DNA from: Camelus dromedarius | Taxonomy: Eukaryota | DNA length: 64,000 nucleotides | Reading direction: 5' to 3' | NCBI RefSeq assembly: GCF_036321535.1 | Contig: NC_087437.1 | Location: forward strand, 53,322,001 to 53,386,000 | Shown here: in pieces, positions 28,831-39,418 of the stretch | How the letters are laid out: each line of letters opens with the position of its first letter | Numbering within the stretch: position 1 is the stretch's first letter | The notes under the pieces: model-generated | What the model was told of the DNA's origin: nothing | Database searches by the model: none | What the model saw: only the letters and a program-made list of their open reading frames with translations | Made by a program: the position numbers and the translations under genes

Positions 28831-29789
28831 GAGATGTTCTTAACTTTTGGAAAAATTGCCCATCCCCAGTCTTTCAGCCTCTCATTACTTCTCTGTGTCT
28901 TAAAACCACAGATGTGTTTAGCAACCGCCTCTATATTCCTTCCAGTACTCTAGGATTTTGTCTAGTCTAGAAAACATAATTTCCTTCAAAGTGTTAAAGT
29001 GTTTCTTGTAATCAGCACTTCCCTCTTGGGCTTCCATTTCGTCTTACCAATGTTCATTCTCTACATTTCAAACATCATTCTTTCTGACAGATGCAAAATT
29101 GGAGGTTTTATGTAGTATAGTGGTTAAAATGTATATGCTCTAGAATCAAACTGCTTAGAATAAAATTCCAGTTCTACCACCTACAAGCTGTGCTTCAATT
29201 TCTCCATCTGTAAAATGGTGATAATGATAGTACCTATTTCACAGGGTCATGGGATAATTGGAAAGTCACAACTGGAATTCCTGGATTGGGGACAGATATG
29301 CAAAAAGGAGCGAGTTATTATCTGTATGTTGCTTAACTAAGGTTTGCAAAGTTTATGATTTTCCCCCCTACTTCCTCCCCTCTGCAATGCATGATGTTTG
29401 TCCCCAGGTGGCACTGAAAATAGTGCTGTGCTGCTTCAAAGTCAGCCCTGGGACTTCGGACTTTTTTAAAAGGTCATTTTCTGGTCATTGCCACCAAAAA
29501 TCAAGCTCTTAAGTAAAACAACAATAACGATAAATTTCAGTGCACACTCAAATAAATAATGCACCTTGACTGTGCCTGCCCGCCTCTGTTAGCCTCACTT
29601 AATCCTAGCGTGGAGAAGGTAGGTTCCACGTGGGCTGGATTTTGATTTAGAGAACAATTCTGCCAAAAAATAAAAAAATAAAAATAAGTAACAGATGGCT
29701 CCTGAGAACCAATACCAGTTGTGGAAAGCATTGTGAGAAGCCAGACTAGATGATTAAGTCAGGTAATTAAAGCCTCTGCCTCTTCTAAC

Positions 29790-30040
29790 AGTCACTAACC
29801 TAGGACAACAGGAAACTGATGGACAAGGTTTTCAGCAAGGCATTTGATGATCCATCTCTTTATAGCCTTCGGGACAAAATAGAAGCATATAGTTGGATTC
29901 GTAACTCACTAATTATGGTTGAACATGTTGTTGATTAATAAATCAATGCCAAACCGAAAGGGGGGTAGTCTCAGCTGACACCAAACACAGCTATGTTCTC
30001 AGTCCTGATTATTCAACACTTTTATTAGTGATGAGCATTC
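29790..30040 (+). mobile_element. L3/CR1 LINE relic
   Basis: TTTCAGCAAGGCATTTGA (FSKAFD) ... TTCAACACTTTTATTAGTGA (FNxFI) match CR1 RT motifs. Confidence 0.5.
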
Positions 30041-30066
30041 AGAAGAGATTTTAAAATGCCAAGTGC

Positions 30067-30069
<3 letters not shown>

Positions 30070-30099
<30 letters not shown>
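30070..30099. repeat. (TG)14 microsatellite
   Basis: Directly visible. Confidence 0.95.
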
Positions 30100-30101
<2 letters not shown>

Positions 30102-32078
30102 GTAACAGTTTTCACAGCTATTATATGCTTGTGGGTGCAAAATGCCCCTGGAGAGAAACCGGCCACATTACTGCACAGTGCTAAGGGTAGGGGAAGCGAC
30201 TTAACCTGGATGGAGAGGGTTGGGCTGTACCGGTTTCACCCACAGCATGGATGGGGAGGCATGATTTGGCAGCAACACTGTCAAGGTGTCACTTGAATCG
30301 ATGGCTCCCAACACAATTACAAGGGAACTTGTACTAAATTTTGCAGGCAAGTTAACTATAACAAACTAAAGAGTCAGTTGAATAAAAGCTTTACACCATC
30401 AGGGCCATGTGAGAAACTATGTCCTCAAATTGTAAGAGTTGAATGCTTTGATGTTTTGAGGTTTGGTAAAGAAATTTTGACACTAGTGGGAGTTGGGACC
30501 ATCCCCTAATTCTGCTCAGCAACTGCTACAAAAGAGAAGCTAGGGTCACAGGAAGCAAGGTGAGCAGCTTGATGATCATAAGGGTGATGTCCCAGTTACT
30601 ATCACCATGAAACTGGCGAGGCCCAGATGAGTGCAGGGGGCCTTCTTTAAAGGAGAAGCATGAATCGACAGACCAATGCTTTTGAGTTTAGCTGCATGAG
30701 GATTAGTTTAACAATATCTGGTAGTGTTCCTTCCACTGAGGTTGAAGGGCGTTCCTAGTAAGCATAGTCATTAGGCTGAAGGTTATGTTGATGTAGGTCT
30801 TCATCTCCTGGGAACGTGCTGTGAAAGGATTGTTCCACAAACTGTGAATTCGCTTTTAAGGCCCTGGTGAGTTCTTTACAGTGAACCAAGAAGTGTCCTT
30901 CAATAAGGGCAAATTCGTACATGCCTTCATCAAGCCTCATGGATCTATCAGTGATGATCTTGAAAAAATATAACCGCTCTTTAAAGCCAGGAATGGACCT
31001 TAGGTTGAGGAAACCATAGGCAATGCCTTGGGTCAGGGTAGCTGGAGCAACTCAACAAATTTGACTAGCTGGGTTGTTTTTTTTCTTTTTATTCCACTAT
31101 GTGTTCCACCAGTTCTGATAATTGGGGGTGATAAGTGCAATTGAGGTGTTGTAAGGTGGGTCAAATTTTACAAACAGATCGGATTATTTGACCAATAAAA
31201 TGGGAGTCTCTATTGCTTTGAAGCTCAGAGGATATGCCCCAAGTAGGAGTACTTCTTACGAATAAAACTTTACTTACTGCCATGGATGTGGCTCTGTGAC
31301 AAGGAAAGCTTTCCATCCAATGAGGGAATATACAGATCATTACTAACACATATGTATGGGCTTAAGATGGTGGCAGCTGGATAAAGTCTACTTGCTATAA
31401 CTTAAAATGTCCTGAGGGTAAAAGAAAGTGGCCCGTGGAAGTGTGAGCAGGCTTCCCTGGGTTACCTTTAGAGCGGATCTCGGGCTTTGCTGTACTTGGT
31501 GAGCCACCTGAGATGTTTCCAGTAGTACTGTTTTCTGCACTGAATCACTGCGTCCATGCTTCAGTGCGTCGGGTTATGCATATATTCTAGGATACACTTC
31601 TGTAGATGGTCAGGGAGGACAGGTCTGCCATTTGCCCTACCCAGAGGTTTCTTTTTAATTTATGTGTGTAGCCTGGCCTAATCCAATTTGCTCAGTCCTT
31701 CTGAACGAGCATTGTGAGGCTTCTAATATCTTAGTAATCAGTTCATACTCTGATTCTGTAAGCAGGCAACGTCGTGCTGACAACAGTTTGGGACTTTTCA
31801 GGGCAGCCAATTTCACAGTGGCATCAGCCAAATGGTTTCCTTTGCTTTCCTCTATGTCCGTTGTTGAGTGACCAGGAATTTTGATTAACACCAAGAATTT
31901 GAGCAGCTGCATAGCATCCCAAAGTCCTAGAAAATGGGAGCTGTTTTTAACCTTTTACCCTGAGGAAGTTAAAAATATTCTATGTCCCTAAAGCATGCCA
32001 CAGTCATGGGCAACACTGAGTGTGTGTCTACTACCAGTATATACATTAGCAGTTTTGTCTTTAGTTAAAGCCCTAGTT
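30100..32078 (-). mobile_element. Degraded ERV1-class internal fragment: RNase H C-half, integrase, then probable env start
   Basis: Minus-strand translations TANVYT..AHDCGML, IKIPGHS..KGNHLADA, VDFIQLPP, PTWGISSELQSNRDSHFIG, CTYHPQ..LVE, AAKLK..IHASPLKKAP; many stops and frameshifts. Left boundary and env assignment are less certain. Confidence 0.8.
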
Positions 32079-32079
32079 C

Positions 32080-34205
32080 ACATTGTTAGAACTGTAACTT
32101 GGCTATTCTTATCCCCTCCATCACTGACAAAGTCCCTCACAACTGCTTAACACTGATGAGCCGTGTCCTGACTCCTCGTGATGATCTATAGGAAATTCCA
32201 CTGAGAAACCTGGACTTCTCATGATTCACTGATGTTTCCTATTTAAAAGGTGACAATGGCAAATTGTGTGCTGGGTTTGCCATTACAACTCCTTTTGATG
32301 TAGCTGAAGCAGCATCCTTACCTGCAGCAGCTTTGGCCCAACAGGCTGAGTTCTACGCTCTTACACAGGCTTGTACTTTAGCCAAGGACAAAACTGCCAA
32401 TATTTATACTGATATTAGGTATGCTTTTGGATTAGCTCATGATTTGGGAATGTTGTAGAAGCAATGTGGCTTCTTTACTTCCAGTGGAAATAAAATTTTA
32501 AATGGCTCCTATGCTCAAGAATTATTGAATGCAATACTTTTACCCACTGTTTTAGCTATTGTTAAGATCCTGGGGCATTCTAAGCTTGACTCTCTGAAAA
32601 TTAAGGAAACTCCTCTCGCTGAGACTTCTGCAAGGGGTGCTGCCCTTAAAGGAACCAACAGCAGCCAAACGGATATTTCCCCAAATGATAATTTAGAAAA
32701 ACTGGCTAAAGAGGCCTGACAATCGTGCTCAGAAAAGGCAAACAGATTGGAAAGTCAACAACTGTTGGTTTGATCAAAAAAGAAAGCTCTAAGAACCCAG
32801 TCCTACCAGAGATTCTAAAATTCCCACTCCTCACCACTGAATATGCATTAAATCATTTGTCTCCTGACAAAATTATAACCTTTGTGAATCAATATTGGTG
32901 GGGAAACATGAACAAGGCTGTAAAAAAGTGTCTACCTTGCTTGTCTCACCTCTGCAAAGTACAACGCAGGGAAGCCTGTTTGCACTGCTCCCAGATATTT
33001 TTAACTGCCTGATGGACAACTCAAGTTACGGCAAATGGATTTCACTCAACTTCCTCCATCTAATGGATTAATACATTTTAGCCATGGGCTGTGTGTTTTC
33101 ATACCGAACTGAAGCCTTCCCTTCCAGACAAGCTTTCCTTTTCTGTGGCTAAAGTCCTTTTGAAAAAGATTATCCCTACCTGAGGGACCCCTCTTGAATT
33201 TCATGGTGATCAAGGAATACATTTTACTGGCCAGGTGCTTTGATAAGTCTATGCTATTTGGCTGCATTTACAACACTTCCATTGTGCTTACCACCCTCAG
33301 TCCTCTGGTTTTGTCAAACACACTAATGGCATCATTAAGATTGAATTGGCAAAATCTGTAGAGGCCTTCCAACTACCTTGGCCAAAAGCATTGCTGTGGT
33401 CCTTCTAAATCTCAGCTCCACCGCCTTTGGAACTCATAAACTCTCACCCTTTGAGAGAGTCACAGGACATCCAACACACTTGGCTCCTGCTTCTTTTGGC
33501 CCACAATTGATAAAAAGGGAGCTATCCCAATATTGTAAAGGCTTAATTGCTTCTATTAAAAATAACCATGCTTTGGTAAAGCACTTTTCACAGTGTACCC
33601 CTGGAGACAAAGACCCTAAGCTTCACACCTTGCAACCCAGAGATTTTGACTCTTGGAAAGGACATCTCCAGAAGAATTCTCTTCAGTCTCATGGAAAGGC
33701 CCCTATCAGGTTCTGCTAACCAACTCTTGTGCTGCCAAACTCCAAGCAATATGCTCTTGGATTCACGTGACACACCTAAAGAAAGTGCCGAACTCTGACT
33801 GGACCTGCACACATCTGGTGACCCGAAAGTAGATTTTCAGGAACTGAAGCATACAACATCTGATGAGATGGCTTTCCCAAGATACGCAGGCCAGGCCTGT
33901 TGGAAGTCTGCCACCAAATCTTTGATGATGATGTAACACTTCAGATGATCTCCATGGTCTATGATCTTGATAAAATATGGACTTTAAATAGAAAGGGGCC
34001 TGAGAGTTCTCCCTCCTACCTCTTCATTACTCAAATGTGACCTTAATATCTTTCCAATCTGTGCACTTTCCTTTCAACACGAGACACCACACCCAGGAAA
34101 GGTCCTTCCTGACACTGAGGGAAGGGCAAAAAGCCATTGAAACTAGAAAATCTGACTCTTACTCAGCGATGCTTTCAGAGAAAGGTCTTGATCAAAAGGG
34201 GAAAG
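32080..34205 (+). mobile_element. Degraded ERV1-class internal fragment: tether, RNase H, integrase, env-deleted, PPT
   Basis: FTDVSY, AQQAEFYALTQAC..TANIYTD..YAFG.AHD.GML, QMDFTQLPP, GDQG.HFT, HCAYHPQSSG, LSPFE..TG; PPT AAAAGGGGAAAG at 34194-34205. Confidence 0.9.
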
Positions 34206-34536
34206 TGTAAAAATTAATAAACGGAAACCTCAACTAAATTGAGTTGGGAGACCAGAAGAGGGAGCTCTCACCTGTGGCGTTAGCAGAGCCCAACAGGAAG
34301 AAGAAAGACTTTTCTTTCCTGGTAGGGATCCAGCCAATGACAAATCATGGACTCCGTTACTACAGCCCTCCCAACTTCCTTTTCCTCTCTGTAAAATTGT
34401 TCCCCTTCCCTTGCCATGTGGAGACATGCAGGTGGTTCACCTTGGTTGCAGACCCCAAATTGCAATTCTCTGCTGATCTTGAATAAACCCATCTTTGCAG
34501 GAGAAATATCTTCAGTTTATTTGTTTTAGGTCAACA
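34206..34536 (+). mobile_element. ERV 3' LTR (331 bp)
   Basis: Starts TG directly after the PPT, ends ..GTCAACA; CCAAT at ~34334 and AATAAA at 34482-34487. Confidence 0.85.
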
Positions 34537-34732
34537 GTACTAAAATTTAAAGGGGGGAAAGGCAAACCAACCTCAGAACCTTACAAGAAATAAACACAGG
34601 TGCTTCCAGAGCTGACCTGCAATGTGCCACCTGGCAGGGTGCTAAGACAGCAGGAAGCCTCGATGGGGCTTTTGCAGCTGGTGCTCTGAAAGTGGAGACT
34701 CACACAGTACTTGGTGTGACCCACACCAGCAC

Positions 34733-34836
34733 TAGGGTGACCAATTCATCCCTGTTTGTTTCCAGTTTTAGCACTGGAAGTCCCGTATTCCAGAAACCCC
34801 TCAGTCCCAGTCAAGCCATGATGGTTGGTCAGCCTA
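34733..34836. mobile_element. MER81-like hAT-Blackjack MITE
   Basis: Terminal inverted repeats TAGGGTGACCA ... TGGTCAGCCTA about 104 bp apart. Confidence 0.75.
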
Positions 34837-37275
34837 AGATCCAGCACTGAAGGAACACTTTGCATGAAAGCCCCTGAAGCTCATGTCATGTGTAACGGCC
34901 ATGGCCAAGTGCAGAACGATGGCTTAAGGGACTGTGGAGTGGGTAGAGCTAGGCTGAGTCCTGAGAATGTTCCGTGAAGGAGGAATCTGAGAAATGTGCA
35001 TGGAGACCTAGAGGAGCAGGGCACAGGCCCAGTTGTTACAGGGAGAGTGTGGGCAGTGACTGGCGAGTTCCTGGTGGGTCCTTCCTGGATGGACTCACAG
35101 CGGCATGCATTGGAAAAACATTCCCCTTTGGACATGTGTATAGGGGGACAGGGAGAAGATGGGTTTCTTTGGCAAAAGTTGTATATGTATCTTGTCCTTT
35201 ATACTGAAGATGTAGAAATTATTGAATGTACTGACTGTATGGTTAAAGTGTAAACTTCATTGAATTGTCTTCCATTTCACTGTTTTCCATTTATTTTAAT
35301 GAATAACTTACTCATGCATACTAAGAATATAGGCTACTTACGTGGTTCTGGGCTTAGAGTCCCCTAGAAATAGCTTTACAATTATTTTTCTGATTGTATA
35401 TTGGCAAAATTCTCCCATTTCTGCCTGTTTGTTTTACCCTCTTTTTACTTCTGTTTGTCTGTTTTTGTTTTTGTTTGCTGTGTGGTTATTTGTTTTGTGA
35501 GTCTTGAGCCAAGAATCTTCTTAAGACATGTATTAAGGGTTTTCATTTCATATAGTAAAATGCATTAGTTGTTTCTCTGAGTGGTGGCATTATTCCACTT
35601 CAGAATTCCAGCCTACGCTGACTGCTGACACCGGGCACTGGCCAGCTGGCTGGTCTCAGAGTCCCTGTCACAGCCCGAGCTTGCAGGCACAGACTGCAAA
35701 CACCCTCCAGAGGGAAAGTCCAGACCAAGGAATATCGTTCGGAAGATTTATTTCCACGAGAGGGCGCTGTCTACTGTGGAAGGGACAGGGACACTGCTGA
35801 CAGGAGTCAGGTAAGGAAACTTGACTATTTGCCAGGTTTCCAGTTTATTCTAGAGTCACTTTAGCTCTCCCTACTGATTGAATCAATCTGGCCCTTCCCC
35901 CCAGGACTCAGTCAGGGGCTCCGGGGACTCCCTCCCTCCAGGGGAAAGCCTGAGGTCTCTGGTGTAGAGAGGGAGTGGGCAAACTTACACCAAGACGGGA
36001 GGGAGAGAGTTCAACTGAGGAAGACTTTACTGGCTTAATTTGGTATTCAGACAATTAGGAGCAATTGCAGGCTTCTTCAAAGGGAAACATAAGAGGAAAA
36101 CAATATACTCTATTGATTCATTACACATTGATTAAGCAGCCTCTCTGTATGTGAACTTTGGAGGCCCTGGAGAACCACTAAAGCCCAGGGTCCAGCCTCT
36201 GCTGGTGGGGTGGGGTTGAGGGGGTGCAGCTTGTGCTGGTGGAGGTGCAGGCTTGTTCCCTCGTACCCTCCCCACTGACCCTGGGCTCAGACTCCTTATC
36301 AGCACAGTACCCTATGGTTTTTTTCAATCTATGGGGGTAGGGGATGGAGGTGGGTATACAGGGAGACAGCTTGGGTCATCCCTGGTCCCATGTTTGTGAA
36401 GATGGTTCTGGTTCATGGAATGACCATTCCTAACGGCTGCTAGCTCCAGTACTGAGCTGTTTCCTCCATTCCTGGAGCGTGGCCTCCATCATCTTCTCCC
36501 TCCTCCTTTGCACACCTTCTTCTTTGGAAATCTTCTCATGTGCCTCTCCTACCTACACCACAGAGCTGCGGATCTAGACCCTGCCATTGCCTTTTGCAGT
36601 ACAAAGAGCTGGGGGAGCAGAAGAGCCGCAGCAAAGCAGCCCCTGTGTCATCAGGGACACCAGGTGCATTGTGGCTGCTGCAGACTCAGCACAGGTGCTC
36701 TGAAGGATGACTTTTCCCTGGTTTGCGGATTTATTCGAGTGGAAAGTGTTAGAATGGATTGAAATTTAAATCATACTTATTTAAATGTTTAGCAAATTAC
36801 CTTTAAGCAATTGAAGTAGTTGCAAAAATCAAGGTTGGACAGCCACCCTGCTTATGGCTCAGGGTAACCTGACGGGTGGGATGTAGCAGGCAGAGCAGGT
36901 GGCCTGTCACAGTGGAACTCACACAGCATTTCATGTTAGACTGAGGAAACATTAATCATTCATATCAAAGGAAGGGCATTGCTGGTGGAATTAGAGCAGA
37001 AGCCCCGCCCTCATCCACTCCACTGTGTGCCCTCCTGCCCTGCCTCCAGGTCCTCTGGTCAATAACTTTTCCCTGGACTTATCTTTGAGCTCTTGGACAG
37101 AGGCATAGGAATAACAAACTGAATGTGGACTTACATTATATTACATCAGAAAGTAAATCAACCTTGAACTGTTAGTTTCCGATTTTTCACAAAGAGATAA
37201 TGCTGCCACCCGTCCCTCTCTGTCCAACCTGGTCTCTGTTGCTTTACACTTTCCTGCATAACTGTTTCCTATTCC

Positions 37276-37445
37276 TTTTTTTTTTTTCCTTGAGGGATAA
37301 TCAGTTTACAATGCTGTGTTAATTTCTGGTGTACAGCACAGTGATTCCGTTATACATATATGCATCTTCCTTTTCATATTCTTTTTCATTATAGGCTATT
37401 ACAAGATATTGAATATAGTTCTCTGTGCTATACAGTAGGACGTTT
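37276..37445 (-). mobile_element. L1 3' end fragment
   Basis: T-tail, then TTTCTGGTGTACAGCACAGTGATTC..GCTATTACAAGATATTGAATATAGTT..TGTGCTATACAGTAGG. Confidence 0.8.
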
Positions 37446-39256
37446 GTTTATCTTCCTATTCCTTCTTAAACATAATGCTTCCAAATTTCTTTTGGTTAAA
37501 TGTTACATTCTCTGTTCACTTCTCAAGATATGCTGTATATTAGCTATTTGCAGCGAGTGGAATTGACTTTCTAACAGCAATCAAATGACATGGGGACAAT
37601 GAGAGCATACCTCTCTTCTGCAGAGTGCACTGCCTGCCCCTGGGCACCACTGACCCTTGTCCTGGGCACCACTGCCTGCCCTGGACACTGCTGTCTGCTC
37701 CCAGGAACTGCTGGTCCTTGTCCTGGGCACCACTCCAACTGATGGACATTGTCCTCTCCTGCCCCAGCTGAGGCCACAGAGCACCCAGGGCCATGTGGAG
37801 TTCTGTGCAGACCGTGGGAGAAGGTCTCTTTGCTCTTCTGTGCTATAGACTGTAAACACGCATCAAAACAGAAATGCTTGAACTTCCTGAAGTCCTCTGG
37901 GGACAGCCCCTTTTCAGTTCTTTCTCTTAACAGATCTCAGAGAATGAGTTCAAAGCAGGGCCAGGCCAGGAGACAAATCTGAGTGACAGACAGGAGGCTT
38001 CAGTACCAGGCAGGCCTGTCGATCCTGGCTCTATTTCAAGGAGGTGGGTTCTGCCCCAGAAGGCTCCCCACTCCTCCTGCAGGTGGTGCCCTGTCTCACC
38101 AATCCCCAGACACACAGCAACACAGCCTAGGAGGAGGCTGAGGCTCTGGGACTACACAAAACCTACTAGCTATCTATGTAACTCTGTCTCATTTAACTGA
38201 GGAACGGGAGCTCCAACTTTTAGAAGCCATGGTGCATTTATATAGGAAAAGAAAAATCAAGGCATGTGGATCAAGTGGCAGAGTGTAATATTTATGAAAA
38301 TCAAATGAAAATACAACAAAAACTAGAAATAGAACTTTAAATGCATATTTTAGGGTAATGAGGTTGGGGATAGAGACTGTGAGATGCTTAAAAGAAAAAT
38401 GCCTTTTTCCTTTTATGCTGTCTCTCCTCGGCATGGCCAGGGTATGACTATAGCTAAATTTAGAAGTGCCAACGTGCTTTCTGGACCACTCCAGGCTTCT
38501 GTTTGGGGAAACCCACCACTAAGGACTGAAATGAGGACCACTGCAGTATGGAGTAGCAGGCAGAGGACAGGATGTGGACCCTGGTCAGGATTCTGCTTCC
38601 ACCATGTGCCTGCTGTGCAAATCCCCACACAGAACTGTGTTCTAAAAGGACCGAGAGAGAGAGCAAGTTAGAAGATAGGGCTTCCTGATTGAATTTTTTC
38701 TTGGTCTGTGTTTGATCTACCATTTGACACGTTGAAGTATTTTTCATTTTTATTTCAATAAGCATACTTTCCAACGAAAATTTTCTATTTGATTCTTTGT
38801 TATATCTGCCTCTCCTGCCTCCCTGCCTTGGTTCATGGTTTCTATGAATAATACGGCTAAATTTAATGTATTCATTGAACAAGCATCTTGCAGAATGGCA
38901 CCTGGAGGAAAGGACCAAGAAAAGCCTTGAGTAAAGGCTGCCCTGTGAAGGGCCCACGGAGCACCACGCTGTCCCAGCAGAGCTCAGGAACGGGGGCCCC
39001 ACATTCGCAAGGGTTTCTTACCATTCCCCAAACACAGTCTAGACTGCTCTACCTCTCAACTTCGCCAGCATATTTCTTCCAACCAGACAGCCATACTCTC
39101 ATTTCTACCTGTCCAAATCCTGCTCATTCTCCATGGTCGAATTCAAAATGCATCCTCATTCATGACAGCTTCTTTCCTCTCTCCTGCCCACCTCAGAGGG
39201 GAATTATTCTCCCCCTTCTCCCCTGAATGCCTGCAGGCTTGGTTCCTCTTAGTAAC

Positions 39257-39418
39257 AGGACCAGCTACATGATTTCATGGCTTGATGCAAAATGAAAACA
39301 TAAGGGCCTTTGTTCAAAAATTATTAAGAGTTTCAAGACAGCCACAGCAGAGCATTACCCCCAGCACAGAGCACATTGGAGTGCGAGGCCTGTACCACTG
39401 CCTGAAACAGACGCCTGG
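39257..39418 (-). mobile_element. MER45A-like hAT-Tip100 relic
   Basis: CAGGACCAGCTACAT..TGCAAAATGAAAA..TTGTTCAAAAATTATTAAGA..TTCAAGAC..CAGCAGAGCATTA. Confidence 0.7.

Noticed and set aside
32264..33800. Possible domesticated RNase H or integrase gene
   Set aside because: Multiple stops and frameshifts, and the catalytic Glu is replaced.
37804..37850. CADRG/EKVSLLFCAID resembles a TRIM B-box fragment
   Set aside because: Needs a frameshift, lacks the His ligands, and has no adjacent RING or coiled-coil; likely chance.
38460..39002. 180-aa minus-strand ORF in the intergenic region
   Set aside because: No recognisable family, crosses AT-rich and GC-rich segments, and has no supporting exon structure.
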